Virus record (IMG/VR): IMGVR_UViG_3300047409_000248
Span: 10,180 to 74,179 of that record
Length of the DNA stretch: 64,000 bases
Source of the DNA: a virus
Reading direction: 5' to 3' (one strand)
Below are positions 34,897 through 45,141 of the stretch, in pieces; position 1 is the first letter of the stretch; each line of letters starts with the position of its first letter. The translations under genes and the position numbers were made by a program. The notes beneath the pieces were generated by a model, which was not told where the DNA came from, did not search any database, and saw only the letters and a program-made list of their open reading frames with translations.

Positions 34897-36875
34897 CTAA
34901 CTCCCTTGGCTGCAACCAGACCACCATCCAGATGTTCTAGGATGTCAGAGCCTACGGCTTCTTCGATCTTCTTGAGGGCTTCGTGCCATCCGCCGATGAT
35001 GCGTAGAAATTCAGACTGCCTGTGGACAGCACTTAGATTATGGCTTCCGATAATCAACACACCAGCCTTAGCCATCTCCTGAATGAACAGGGTCTGGATG
35101 CCATTGTTCTTGAACTTGATGCGATTGAGTTCTGGTAGCCCATAAAGACTGATGAAGTCTTCAAGGCCATAATCGCCGATGATCTTGTTCAAAACCGACC
35201 GCAAATTAATGCCATCTAATTGAAGCTTTTCATGAACCAAATCCCGCTCCAGCTTCTCAATGGTGGCGATAGCTGCTGCGATGGAAAGCGTCTCGCCAAA
35301 GAAAGTCCCGGAATAACTAATCTCTGGCATATGCTTCATATACTTCTCCAGACCAACCAGCGCCGATATGGGCATGCCGTTAGCCATGGATTTGCCGAAA
35401 CATGCCAGATCAGGAATGACGCCCAGCGAAGCCTGTAGACCACCCAGACCACACCTGAAGCCGGTAATGATCTCATCGAAGATCAGGATGATGCCACGAT
35501 CAGTGCAATCAAGCCTCATTTGCTTCAATTCCTGTGGAGAATAGAATTCAGGCTCCACAATGCAGGCAGCAATCTCACCTGAAGGAGTTATCTGATCAAA
35601 GGTACAGCTATTGGCCTTGACCCCATCCGGGATGCCATTATTGCGTATGGTATGAGCCATACTCCAATCGTGCCAGCCGTGATAGCCTCCCACCATGACC
35701 TTATCGCGCCTCGTCACATGCCGAGCCAGTCTTACTGCTGCTGTAGTGACATCAGAGCCGTTCTTGCCGAACTTCACCATCTCAGCACAGGGGATATGCT
35801 TAGTCAGGATGGAGGCAAGTTTTTCCTCCAGTGGTGTCGCAAGACTAAAACTAATACCAGAATTAAGCTGATGCCTAATAGCTCCGTCCACGTCTGGGTC
35901 ACGATACCCAAGTATGTTAGGCAGAAGGGCACCGACGCAATCAACATAATCATTACCATCCACATCAAATACATAGGCCCCATCTCCATGGGTAACGAAC
36001 AGTGGCGCTGCGCCCTCCGGGAACATCAGCTTGCTCTTGCTGAAAGTTTGAGTTCCGAGAGGTATTAAGCTCTCAGCAGCGCTCAGCAATGCCTTGGAGT
36101 TCGAGTAGGATCGCTTGACACTACCCTCGCCAGCTAGCGCTTCATAGAAGCGTTCGTTGCGGGAGTATTTCGCGTTGATCTTTCTAATCCACGGCTCCTT
36201 ATCAAGGATTGACAGGATTTGTAGATAGCTGGGTGGCGTGCCGCTATCCCCAAGCATCTTCGCGACTTCCCGAACGAAGTCATAATCCTCCGGACTATCG
36301 AGAACCCATCTCTCCCGAACCAGATCAGGAACGCCGCAGACAAGGTTAGCCGCCAGAAAACGATAACGGTTTCGGACCATAAATCGCGTAACAGTATCCC
36401 GATCAGTTGGCCGCACTGCTTCACGATTTGCCGCCTCCAGAGCATCTTTGGTGAACACTTCCACATCAAGGCCATCCGGGTAAGTGGGAGGATCAGTGTT
36501 AGTAGCATAGTCAGCATTCCTCATAGTGCGAAGCCGAATGACTTCACCGATAACGGCTGGATCAAGGAAAGGGCAATCAGCGGTCAGGCGCACGATGATA
36601 TCGGCACCAGTAGCACTCAATGCCGCCAGATAGCGCGAGAGTACATCCGTCTCGCTGCCTCTGACGACATTGATACCGCGTTTGGATGCCCACTGAGCAA
36701 TGGCATCATCCTGAGGGAGGGTGGAAGTCGCGACAACCACCTCATCCACGCCCGGGGCACGGCGGGCAGCTTCTACCACCCATTCAATGGTCGGTCTACC
36801 CGCAATGTCCATCAATACCTTGCCCGGCAGACGGGTTGATCCCATGCGGGCCTGAACTACAGCTACGGTCTTCAT
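34893..36875 (-). CDS. SpsF/PseF-like cytidylyltransferase fused to class III (GSA-like) aminotransferase
   Basis: QARMGSTRLPGKV, GSETDVLSRY, RLTADCP; then QTFSKS, KNGSD.T, YHGW, FDEIITGFR, FGKSMANG. Confidence 0.93.
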   Translation of the reverse strand: MKTVAVVQARMGSTRLPGKVLMDIAGRPTIEWVVEAARRAPGVDEVVVATSTLPQDDAIAQWASKRGINVVRGSETDVLSRYLAALSATGADIIVRLTADCPFLDPAVIGEVIRLRTMRNADYATNTDPPTYPDGLDVEVFTKDALEAANREAVRPTDRDTVTRFMVRNRYRFLAANLVCGVPDLVRERWVLDSPEDYDFVREVAKMLGDSGTPPSYLQILSILDKEPWIRKINAKYSRNERFYEALAGEGSVKRSYSNSKALLSAAESLIPLGTQTFSKSKLMFPEGAAPLFVTHGDGAYVFDVDGNDYVDCVGALLPNILGYRDPDVDGAIRHQLNSGISFSLATPLEEKLASILTKHIPCAEMVKFGKNGSDVTTAAVRLARHVTRRDKVMVGGYHGWHDWSMAHTIRNNGIPDGVKANSCTFDQITPSGEIAACIVEPEFYSPQELKQMRLDCTDRGIILIFDEIITGFRCGLGGLQASLGVIPDLACFGKSMANGMPISALVGLEKYMKHMPEISYSGTFFGETLSIAAAIATIEKLERDLVHEKLQLDGINLRSVLNKIIGDYGLEDFISLYGLPELNRIKFKNNGIQTLFIQEMAKAGVLIIGSHNLSAVHRQSEFLRIIGGWHEALKKIEEAVGSDILEHLDGGLVAAKGVR

Positions 36876-37705
36876 TCTAATCCTGCTTTCTGTCTCGCTT
36901 GCATCACAATTTCCAGTGCGGCTACTCCATCAGCGCCATCAGCCAATGGTCCGGGATCACCACCATCAACGGCCCGAAGGAATGCGCTCATCTCATCAAG
37001 GTAGACCTGATCCCAATTATCCTTGGTCAGGCTGTATCTTGCAGATTTATTCGAACCGATTATTTCAAACTGGCGTATCTCAGGATCGGTGATATAATCC
37101 GCTGCAATCTGAACATTCATCTCATGCTCAATGGACGAAGCTTCGATCAGGCAAGATATATCCTGCCCTTTGTTCATAACAGCAAGGCACTCACTAACAT
37201 GCAGATTACCTAGCAGATATCTTGCGATATCAATCTCATGAGAAGCCCAGTTTCGGATCACCCCATCCCTGAGATATTCCGGCTTTTCGTTTTTTTGCCT
37301 GACCTCAAATGAGGCGTGCTCCAGCCTGCCAAAATATCCTCGTTCTATCTTTTTCTTGGCTTCCTGAACCACCGGATGGAAACGGCACATGAAGCCAGTT
37401 GCAACAACCAGATCAGGCTTTGCCCTTCTGGCGCCCATGATTAGTCCAGCGATAAAGGGCGGGCTATCAAATCCAATAGGCTTCTCAACAAGTACGTGCT
37501 TACGAGCGCCAAGGACATCTATAAGGTCTGAGGCATGCGCCTTGGTGGGAGACGCAATGATCACAGCATCAGCTTCATGGATGACATCTACTCGCCGCAT
37601 GGATAGCTGCTCAGGGTCATAGGCGATAACCTGATGACCCAGCAGCATCAGGTTGCGGGCGTGTCTTGTGCCGATGGAGCCGAGTCCGAGAATTCCGACA
37701 AGCAT
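36872..37705 (-). CDS. Gfo/Idh/MocA NAD-dependent oxidoreductase
   Basis: GLGSIG, IASPT..H, HVLVEKP, RFHP, SHEID. Confidence 0.92.
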   Translation of the reverse strand: MLVGILGLGSIGTRHARNLMLLGHQVIAYDPEQLSMRRVDVIHEADAVIIASPTKAHASDLIDVLGARKHVLVEKPIGFDSPPFIAGLIMGARRAKPDLVVATGFMCRFHPVVQEAKKKIERGYFGRLEHASFEVRQKNEKPEYLRDGVIRNWASHEIDIARYLLGNLHVSECLAVMNKGQDISCLIEASSIEHEMNVQIAADYITDPEIRQFEIIGSNKSARYSLTKDNWDQVYLDEMSAFLRAVDGGDPGPLADGADGVAALEIVMQARQKAGLE

Positions 37706-38325
37706 GGAAATGCAGCCTTCTGATCTTTCTTGAGAAGCCAGACAGCGGTGCCGTCCGGCATGGCGTTCTTTGCAACAAGCTTATAGGCAGGATTGGCTAG
37801 CCAGAGTTGGCTCCAGTCCATTTTATATGTGAGCAATCCATCTACATGCTTGTTTGGGACAGAATGAGGAAACTCTGGGTCAAAATCATGAATAATGATG
37901 TAGCCGCCATCTTGCAGGATATTGTTGCCTTGGGTCGCGATCTCGAAATGCTCTTCGGGATCACAAACATAAAGGCAAAAACCATAGATGATTAAGCTAA
38001 ATGCATTTGCTTGATATGGATGACCAGTGACGGTCCCACGATCTATATGAATATTTGGGAAGCGGGCCTGTCCATTTGAGATCGCCACAGCGGATGGATC
38101 AAGCCCACAGCACTCCCAGCCATAATAATTTCTAAGATTTTCTAATCTCCAGCCATTAGAACAGCCAAACTCAAGGACACCTCTGCCATGAGATGGCAGC
38201 ACGCTCTGCTTCATTATGGCGAAGACTGGATCATGAGCTTCTTCGTCCTGCATCTTCCAGAAGTTACGGTTGAACCAAGCGTCTCCTTCGCCCTCTGCAA
38301 AGATATCTTCCTGCTTGCCCATCAC
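37648..38325 (-). CDS. Class I SAM-dependent methyltransferase (Pse-associated methylase-like)
   Basis: EGEGDAWFNRN, VLEFGCSNG, GLDPS, GFCLY. Confidence 0.88.
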   Translation of the reverse strand: MMGKQEDIFAEGEGDAWFNRNFWKMQDEEAHDPVFAIMKQSVLPSHGRGVLEFGCSNGWRLENLRNYYGWECCGLDPSAVAISNGQARFPNIHIDRGTVTGHPYQANAFSLIIYGFCLYVCDPEEHFEIATQGNNILQDGGYIIIHDFDPEFPHSVPNKHVDGLLTYKMDWSQLWLANPAYKLVAKNAMPDGTAVWLLKKDQKAAFPCLSEFSDSAPSAQDTPAT

Positions 38326-39134
38326 GTTTTCTCCGGAATGTTCTCCAGAATGATCATATAGTTTGGAGAACAGGCGTAATGATCACCCATGTTAGGCAAT
38401 TTTGAGGCAATTTCATTGATGGGGTGATCATAGGATGGCTCTTTGCCCTCAAGGGCAGCTAGTTTGGCATAAACTACCCTTGAGAGCAGATAGTAGAGGT
38501 TTCCGATGTTCTCCGACATCACCAAGGAGAAGAGTTTGCCGATGTTGTCGGCTATAAACGTGGAGAATTCCTTCTCTGGAAGGTAAAAGTTGTGCCAGCG
38601 CTGTTCAATCGGCGGCAAATCGACCATTTCACGGACCTTGTTGAGCTTATTGAGCCCATCCGTGATGTTTTCGACCAAAATCAGGTTGCCATCCTTCTCC
38701 AGAAGCTTCCGCATCTGCAAAATGCCGAGTTTTTGCTCTTCCCAGTTGGCCAGATTGATCAAACAGCGCGTGCTGATCACTGCACCGAAGCGCAATTGTT
38801 GTAAATTGGGATGCCGAGAGATCGAAAGCACGTCACCAACGAAAAAAGTCACGTTAGAAACGCCAGCGGCAGCCTTCTTGGCCTCTTCGATCATCTTTTC
38901 GGAGTAATCAACGCCGATCACGATGGCTGTAGGATTGGCCTTGGCGATCTCCAGCGTAGAGAAGCCGTTACCGCACCCGACATCTAGGATGGTATCTGGC
39001 TCCATAAGCTTCAGGACTTCCAGAATGCGCTTGATCTCGACGTTGACGCGGTAGAAATGATCCGGCGCCGTAGCCAGATCACTCTCGCCATGCTGTTCAG
39101 CCTGTTCGTCCCAGAACGTCTTTACATCAGTCAT
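38322..39134 (-). CDS. Class I SAM-dependent methyltransferase
   Basis: ILDVGCGNG, GVDYSEKMI, RCLINL. Confidence 0.92.
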   Translation of the reverse strand: MTDVKTFWDEQAEQHGESDLATAPDHFYRVNVEIKRILEVLKLMEPDTILDVGCGNGFSTLEIAKANPTAIVIGVDYSEKMIEEAKKAAAGVSNVTFFVGDVLSISRHPNLQQLRFGAVISTRCLINLANWEEQKLGILQMRKLLEKDGNLILVENITDGLNKLNKVREMVDLPPIEQRWHNFYLPEKEFSTFIADNIGKLFSLVMSENIGNLYYLLSRVVYAKLAALEGKEPSYDHPINEIASKLPNMGDHYACSPNYMIILENIPEKT

Positions 39135-39640
39135 AGAAGCCTTCCAAATCTAAAGAGTGGATACCTGATACCGCCCTCATCCATGAAATGATCATGGATA
39201 TGAGCCTCCATGGGCATCTGCATCTTTGCAAAGAGTATGACCATGCCGGTGTTTAGAGGGTGGCAGCCGCCTTCTATCTTCTGAACGCCATTAACTCCCA
39301 GCCAATCCATGATGCCTTGCCAAGCCTCTGCGCCGTATCCCTTGCGCCATTCAGACTTTTCACCAAGCATGATGCCGATCTCAGCCCTCTTGTGAGGCCA
39401 ACAGATGTTTGTGGAGATGCTGCCAATAGGAGTGCCGTCGTCAAACTTCTGGATTTCCCACAGATGATCAGAGTAGCCATCGAAAGACTCGAAATATTTC
39501 TTCTGGCTATTCTTGGTATGATTAAGGAACCGCTGTTCGCTAAATTCAACAACATAAGGGTCAGTAAGCCATCGAAGATAATGATCAAATCCGGATGGAT
39601 CAGTTAACTTCAATCGAGCCGTTATCAGGACCGGAGTCAC
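39131..39640 (-). CDS. GNAT N-acyltransferase (RimJ/RimL, PseH-like)
   Basis: YLRWL.DP.V..FSEQR, AEIGIMLGEKSEWRKGYG.EAW. Confidence 0.88.
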   Translation of the reverse strand: MTPVLITARLKLTDPSGFDHYLRWLTDPYVVEFSEQRFLNHTKNSQKKYFESFDGYSDHLWEIQKFDDGTPIGSISTNICWPHKRAEIGIMLGEKSEWRKGYGAEAWQGIMDWLGVNGVQKIEGGCHPLNTGMVILFAKMQMPMEAHIHDHFMDEGGIRYPLFRFGRLL

Positions 39641-39819
39641 TTCTTGACCCTCTTTGCTTCCGGAGGGGTCATCTCGATAGCGTGCTCTGTCAGCGTGAGC
39701 ATGCCTTCCAACAGCACCATCATGTGCTTGGAATTGGCATCGAACTCGCCAAGCTTCTTCCGCTCCAGATGCGTATCTGAGATAGAATGATAGAGTTCAA
39801 TCAGGTCTTTGCGCTTCAT
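39637..39819 (-). CDS. Hypothetical protein
   Basis: ATGA-coupled. Confidence 0.55.
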   Translation of the reverse strand: MKRKDLIELYHSISDTHLERKKLGEFDANSKHMMVLLEGMLTLTEHAIEMTPPEAKRVKK

Positions 39820-40079
39820 GCCTTCACCTTGTTTGTCTTGAGCATGGCAGTGAATATTGAAATATCGGTCTTGACCGCAGGCTTGAACCTAGATCGGTGC
39901 CACCAGCCTTCCACACCACCAACCTTCAGGAAGATTTCCCGATACCCCTCTCGGATATCGATAATGCGGTAAGCTTGCCCTTTGACGAGATACTTTCCTG
40001 CTTCTCCCCCGCATGGAGTTGGTTCTTTGTTTTCCCGATCTGTCTTTATGCAGATCACTTCCTGCCCGACCTGAAACAT
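39816..40079 (-). CDS. Conserved hypothetical phage protein (SH3-like)
   Basis: MFQVGQEVICI...RFKP...TDISIFTAML; AAGGAG RBS. Confidence 0.7.
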   Translation of the reverse strand: MFQVGQEVICIKTDRENKEPTPCGGEAGKYLVKGQAYRIIDIREGYREIFLKVGGVEGWWHRSRFKPAVKTDISIFTAMLKTNKVKA

Positions 40080-40108
40080 CGTCATCTCCTTCGTCCACCC
40101 AGAACGTA

Positions 40109-40140
40109 TTGACACATTGCGGCGCAATTATGTTATCAAG
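40109..40140 (+). promoter_or_regulatory. Sigma70-like promoter for terL (possibly leaderless)
   Basis: TTGACA at 40109 and an AT-rich -10 region at about 40129-40139; ATG at 40146 with no obvious SD. Confidence 0.45.
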
Positions 40141-40145
40141 TCCAT

Positions 40146-41750
40146 ATGGACCAAGCTAAAATTGCTCAAATAGCCAAGGCGACCGCCAAGCTTCGTGAGA
40201 AAATGGAAGCGGCGGCTTATGAAAAGAGCCTGATCAGTTTCGTTGATTATGTCTGGCCAGTGGTTGAACCGGCCATCCCATTCGTCAAAGGCTGGGCCAT
40301 CTCGGCAATTGCCGAACATCTGGAAGCCGTTACCCATGGCGAGATCAAGCGCCTCCTGATCAACGTCCCGCCCGGCTTCTCCAAGTCATTATTAACAGAT
40401 GTGTTCTGGCCCGCATGGGAGTGGGGACCGCAAAACAAGCCATGGTATAGATATGTCTGCGCTGCATATTCCAACCATTTGACAGAACGAGACAATATGC
40501 GGTGCAGAAACGTGGTGATGAGTGATCGTTACCAGCGGCTCTGGAGTTCTCGTTTCAAGATTTCCAACGATCAGTTCACCAAGGTCAAATTCGCCAATGA
40601 CCAGACCGGCTGGAAGCTGGCTACTTCGGTCGGAGGTATCGGTGTCGGTGAACGCGGAGACAGGTTCATCATCGATGACGCCAACAATACCATGATGATG
40701 GAGTCAGAAGCCGTCCGCGCCAACGTCAATATGTGGTTTACGGAAGTCGTCCCTGATCGCCTCAATAACCCGTCAAAGTCGGCAATTGTCGTTATTCAAC
40801 AGAGGCTTCATGAGGAAGATGTCTCTGGTGTGGCTATCTCCAAGGAACTTGGATACACGCATCTGATGATCCCGATGCGATATGAGCCGAGTCGCCATTG
40901 CGTCACTGTTCTTGGTAAAAATCATGTTGGCGAAGATATCCAATGGGAGGACCCCCGCGTAGAAGAGAACGAACTGGCGTGGCCGGAACGGTTCCCTGAT
41001 GAGGTCTGCGACCAGCTAGAGCACGCCAAAGGCCCCTACGCTTGGGCGGGCCAGTACCAGCAGACCCCAGAACCCCGTGGCGGCGCCATTATCAAGCGGG
41101 ACTGGTGGCAGCTATGGGAAGAAAAGAGTTATCCCCGGGTAGAATTCATTCTGGCTTCGCTGGACAGCGCCTATACTGAAAAAGAGGAAAATGACCCTTC
41201 TGCCATGACGTTTTGGGGGGTTTTCCGGGATGAAATCGGCAATCCCAAGGCTATGTTGCTTCATGCTTGGGAAGAGCGCTTGGCCCTGAATGACCTTGTT
41301 CAGCGGGTTATTGAAAGCTGTACGGTTGATCAGCGCAAATTAACCACTGGTTATCCCCGATATCGGGTCGATAAGCTCCTGATTGAGAGCAAAGCCAGCG
41401 GCATCTCGGTTTCTCAGGAAATCCGGCGTCTGGTTGGTTTTACAGGACAATTAGGCATCGAATTGGTTAACCCTACTCGACAAGGCGATAAGGTCGCTCG
41501 CGCCCATAGTATCGTGCATTTATTCTCGGAAGGTATGATTTACGCTCCGGACCGGGAATGGGCCGATAAAGTCATCGATCAATGTGCTTCTTTTCCTAAG
41601 GGCTCCCATGACGATTTGGTTGACTCGACAACCATGGCCCTCAGGTACTTGAGGGAAATGGGTTTTGTACTCAGGAAAGATGAGTATCAATTTGAGGTGG
41701 ATGAAAAGATGGCTTATAAGCGGATACAACAAGCACTCTACCCCGTGTAG
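40146..41750 (+). CDS. terL: Terminase large subunit
   Basis: INVPPGFSKS, IIDD, IQQRLHEED, GQYQQ.P, SLDSAY, IESKASG, FPKGSHDDLVDS. Confidence 0.97.
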   Translation: MDQAKIAQIAKATAKLREKMEAAAYEKSLISFVDYVWPVVEPAIPFVKGWAISAIAEHLEAVTHGEIKRLLINVPPGFSKSLLTDVFWPAWEWGPQNKPWYRYVCAAYSNHLTERDNMRCRNVVMSDRYQRLWSSRFKISNDQFTKVKFANDQTGWKLATSVGGIGVGERGDRFIIDDANNTMMMESEAVRANVNMWFTEVVPDRLNNPSKSAIVVIQQRLHEEDVSGVAISKELGYTHLMIPMRYEPSRHCVTVLGKNHVGEDIQWEDPRVEENELAWPERFPDEVCDQLEHAKGPYAWAGQYQQTPEPRGGAIIKRDWWQLWEEKSYPRVEFILASLDSAYTEKEENDPSAMTFWGVFRDEIGNPKAMLLHAWEERLALNDLVQRVIESCTVDQRKLTTGYPRYRVDKLLIESKASGISVSQEIRRLVGFTGQLGIELVNPTRQGDKVARAHSIVHLFSEGMIYAPDREWADKVIDQCASFPKGSHDDLVDSTTMALRYLREMGFVLRKDEYQFEVDEKMAYKRIQQALYPV

Positions 41751-41775
41751 GTCAGCTTGTAGGGGTACACTATAG

Positions 41776-44430
41776 ATGGCGGCTGGTCTTACCAATCTTG
41801 ATCCAATCGATGTAACGGGTTCTCCCCCGTCTAATCCCTTTTCCAAGCCGCAAACTGTTGAATTAAATCAGCCTGATAACGTGGTGTCTATGAACGGGGG
41901 CGTCCAGCAGGTAAAAAATCCTGATGGCTCCGTTACCTTTGACTTTAGTCCTAAGGTTGCTCCCTCCGAAGACGACAAGGACGATTTCTACCGTAATCTG
42001 GCCGACGATATCGAGGAGGGAGAGCTTGATCGTATCTCCGCTGAACTGCTGGATGGCATCCAGATCGATATTCAGTCCCGTAGAGAATGGCTGGATACCG
42101 GGGCTCGCGGCATAGAATTACTTGGTTTTAAACTGGAAATCCCGACCGGCGAGGCTACCGGAGAGGGCATTTCCAAGGTCCGACACCCTCTTCTGGCTGA
42201 CGCTGTACTGAGGTTCCAAGCTAATGCCCGTGGCGAGCTACTTCCTTCTGGAGGCCCGGTAAAGGTCCGAAATGACACTACTTTGGGTCCTAAGTCCCCT
42301 CTCCAGCAAACGCCACCGCCACAACCTCCTCCGCAGCCGCCTCAAATGGGCCATAATGGTGGTCCACCGATGGGTGGTCCCGGGGCCGCACCTCCGGGGC
42401 CGTCCGCAGGAGGCCCGCCGCCTCAACCCCCACCGACAATGGCAGGTGGGCCTCCTGCACCCAATCAGTCCCCGGGCATGCAAAACCCAGCCCTAAATGC
42501 GGCTGGGCCACAAACTGCCCCTGCTCCGGGGGCACCTCCTCCTACTGGCATGATGCAGCCGCCAGCGCCTGCTATTCCGGATGGCCAGAATGATCCTGCC
42601 GATGAGATGGCGCAGGCTCTGGAGACGGACTTCAATCATTACCTGACAGCGGTAGCTACCGAATACGTGCCTGACACGGATCGGATGCTATTCTGGGTGG
42701 GCGCGCGAGGACAAGGGTTCAAGAAGGTCTACAACTGTCCTTTGAGAAATCGTCCGGTTTCAGAAAGCGTGGACGCTGAAAATCTGGTGGTGAATAATGC
42801 CACGACGGATTTGGATAATTGTGGACGCATCACGCACATTATCAAGATGCGTCCCTCTACATTGAAGAGGATGCAATTAGTCGGCGCCTACCGCGACATC
42901 GATCTCGTCTCAGCCCCAGCCTACGTACCCCCGACGCCAGTTGACCAAGCCAAGAACGAAATATCAGGCATCACTCCTCAGGCTCAAAAACCGCAAGACG
43001 CTGAGCATGAAATCTATGAGTGCTATTGCGAACTGGATATCTCGGGTTTCGAGCATAAGAATAAGGGGAAGATAACGGGATTAGCCGTTCCTTATGTGGT
43101 GACAGTCCACAAGGAGAGCCGCAAGGTTCTACAGGTTCGCAGGAACTGGGAAGAAAAAGACAAGCTCTGCATTGCCAAGCAATACTTCGTCAGCTTTCCC
43201 TTCGTTAATGCCACTGGCTTCTATGGTATTGGTCTTATTAACATTCTAGGTAATACGACTGCTGCGCTGACAGCGGCTTGGCGTGAATGTCTGGATGCCG
43301 GGATGTTCGCCAATTTCCCCGGCTTTGTGTTCCAGAAACAGTTTGGGCGCCAGCTAACCAACAACTTCCGCGTCTCCCCCGGTGGCGGCATTGGGCTTGA
43401 TACAGGCGGCATGCCAATCAACCAAGCCGTCATGCCACTTCCCTATAAGGATATCGGCGCAGCCTTTGCTGCCTTCATCCAGCACATGGAGGAAGTCGGT
43501 CAACGGGTAGGTGGCGCTGCGGATATCAGCATTGGCGAAGGCAAACAGGATGCGCCTGTCGGGACTACGCTAGCGCTGATCGAACAAGCCACCAAGGTTA
43601 TGGATGCAGTGCACAAACGATTGCATGCCTCTCAGGCCAAGGAATTCATGCTGCTAAAGGATCGTTTCAAGGAGGACCCGGAAGCGTTCTGGCGGTTTAA
43701 CAATCACCCCGCGATGCCTTGGAAGAAGTCTCAGTTCCTGAAAGCCCTTAATGACTGCAATCTTGTTCCGGTGGCTGATCCGAATAACCCGACCAGCATG
43801 CATCGGATTGCAAAGGGTGCGGTTATTCAAGCCTTGGCCTCTGCCAAACCGCAACTATACGATCCGATTGCTGTCGATGTACGCACCATGCGTATTGCTG
43901 GCATTGATCCGCAGGGGCTATTCCGTCCAACGCCTGCCGCGCCGCCTCCCGATCCGGGGATGATAGCCGCACAAGCCAAGATGCAGGCTAACCAGATGCA
44001 GCAGCAGGCCCAGATGGCCCAGATGCAGCTTAAGCAGCAAATCCAGCAGATGCAGTCTCAGGACAAGGCGGCTGATCGTGAAAGCCGCGAGCGCGTCGAA
44101 CAGATGAAGATCGTGCTGGAGCGCCTGAAGATCATCGAAGAGCGCATCATCCATGGCGATCAGGAACAGGGCGGCGATCACGACGCTCTGGCCAAGGCTG
44201 CCGAGCTAATCATGCAACAGCACCAGCACAACAGCCAGCTTCAGCATGACCAACAGTCCCAGCATACTCAACTAGCCGTGGACGATGCCCAGCATCGTCG
44301 GGAACTGGAGCATGAGCGCCAGATGGCCCTGCTTGATCATGGAACCAAGGTTCATATCGCTGGACTGAATAACGAAGCCAAGATCGAAGCCGTTAAAGCA
44401 AGACCAAAGCCGACATCAAAGGGGAACTGA
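41776..44430 (+). CDS. Portal protein
   Basis: Follows TerL; SRREW, HPLLADAVLRFQANARGELLP..GPVK, GFYGIGLI, APVGTTLALIEQ; long Q-rich coiled-coil C-terminus. Confidence 0.93.
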   Translation: MAAGLTNLDPIDVTGSPPSNPFSKPQTVELNQPDNVVSMNGGVQQVKNPDGSVTFDFSPKVAPSEDDKDDFYRNLADDIEEGELDRISAELLDGIQIDIQSRREWLDTGARGIELLGFKLEIPTGEATGEGISKVRHPLLADAVLRFQANARGELLPSGGPVKVRNDTTLGPKSPLQQTPPPQPPPQPPQMGHNGGPPMGGPGAAPPGPSAGGPPPQPPPTMAGGPPAPNQSPGMQNPALNAAGPQTAPAPGAPPPTGMMQPPAPAIPDGQNDPADEMAQALETDFNHYLTAVATEYVPDTDRMLFWVGARGQGFKKVYNCPLRNRPVSESVDAENLVVNNATTDLDNCGRITHIIKMRPSTLKRMQLVGAYRDIDLVSAPAYVPPTPVDQAKNEISGITPQAQKPQDAEHEIYECYCELDISGFEHKNKGKITGLAVPYVVTVHKESRKVLQVRRNWEEKDKLCIAKQYFVSFPFVNATGFYGIGLINILGNTTAALTAAWRECLDAGMFANFPGFVFQKQFGRQLTNNFRVSPGGGIGLDTGGMPINQAVMPLPYKDIGAAFAAFIQHMEEVGQRVGGAADISIGEGKQDAPVGTTLALIEQATKVMDAVHKRLHASQAKEFMLLKDRFKEDPEAFWRFNNHPAMPWKKSQFLKALNDCNLVPVADPNNPTSMHRIAKGAVIQALASAKPQLYDPIAVDVRTMRIAGIDPQGLFRPTPAAPPPDPGMIAAQAKMQANQMQQQAQMAQMQLKQQIQQMQSQDKAADRESRERVEQMKIVLERLKIIEERIIHGDQEQGGDHDALAKAAELIMQQHQHNSQLQHDQQSQHTQLAVDDAQHRRELEHERQMALLDHGTKVHIAGLNNEAKIEAVKARPKPTSKGN

Positions 44431-44431
44431 G

Positions 44432-44671
44432 ATGCCTGAAGTTAAGGAAGTTGTAGGGACCAATCTGTTACTTTATACAAAGTTTGAGCCAAAGTTCCAA
44501 ATAGGTGATACAGTTAGGCTGAAAAGTGGCAGTCCCTTGATGACTGTCGTGGCATGTGACAACACAGAAGTTCAGGTTCATTGGTATGTTGGCGATCAGC
44601 TAAATGGTGCCAACCACCCTATTCAAGCAGTAAAGGGAGCGGGGCGGAAGAGTCACCATGTTAACGGCTGA
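44432..44671 (+). CDS. YodC/DUF2158-family protein
   Basis: FQIGDTVRLKSGSPLMTV...V.W. Confidence 0.85.
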   Translation: MPEVKEVVGTNLLLYTKFEPKFQIGDTVRLKSGSPLMTVVACDNTEVQVHWYVGDQLNGANHPIQAVKGAGRKSHHVNG

Positions 44672-45137
44672 TATAGCTAGGAAGATTTGGTCTTACGATA
44701 CTGACACGGGTTTCTTCTTTTGGAAGGAGAGTCCTAAGTATGATGTTTTGGTTGGTACTAGGGCTGGGTATTTTGACGGTAAATACTGGCGCTTAGCTTA
44801 CAGAGGTAAGCGCTATAAAGCCTCTCGCGTTGCATGGTTATACACTACTGGTGAGTGGCCAAAAGATCAGATCGACCACATCAATGGTGATAAACTAGAT
44901 GATCGTATTATAAACTTACGGAATGCTACCAACGCCCAAAACTGCAAAAATAGAAATTTAAGGTCTGATAATACATTGGGGGTTAAAGGCGTGCATCAAA
45001 CCAAACGTGGGTTTGTTGCTCAAGTTGTGGTAAACGGTGTTCACGTCTTGAATAAGACCTTTGGAACGCTAGAAGCAGCCCAAGAAGCCTATATCCGCAC
45101 AGCGCGTGCGGCTCATGGCGAATACGCAAGGGTATAG
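44658..45137 (+). CDS. HNH homing endonuclease with AP2-like domain
   Basis: RVAWLY.TGEWP...IDHINGDKLDDRIINLR.AT..QN; NTLGVKGV; A.AAHGEYA. Confidence 0.92.
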   Translation: MLTADIARKIWSYDTDTGFFFWKESPKYDVLVGTRAGYFDGKYWRLAYRGKRYKASRVAWLYTTGEWPKDQIDHINGDKLDDRIINLRNATNAQNCKNRNLRSDNTLGVKGVHQTKRGFVAQVVVNGVHVLNKTFGTLEAAQEAYIRTARAAHGEYARV

Positions 45138-45141
45138 GAAA

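Noticed and set aside
30935-39640. Sugar cluster as host chromosomal DNA or a prophage boundary
   Set aside because: It is flanked on both sides by phage genes and interleaved with coupled phage-type ORFs; no att site or integrase was seen.
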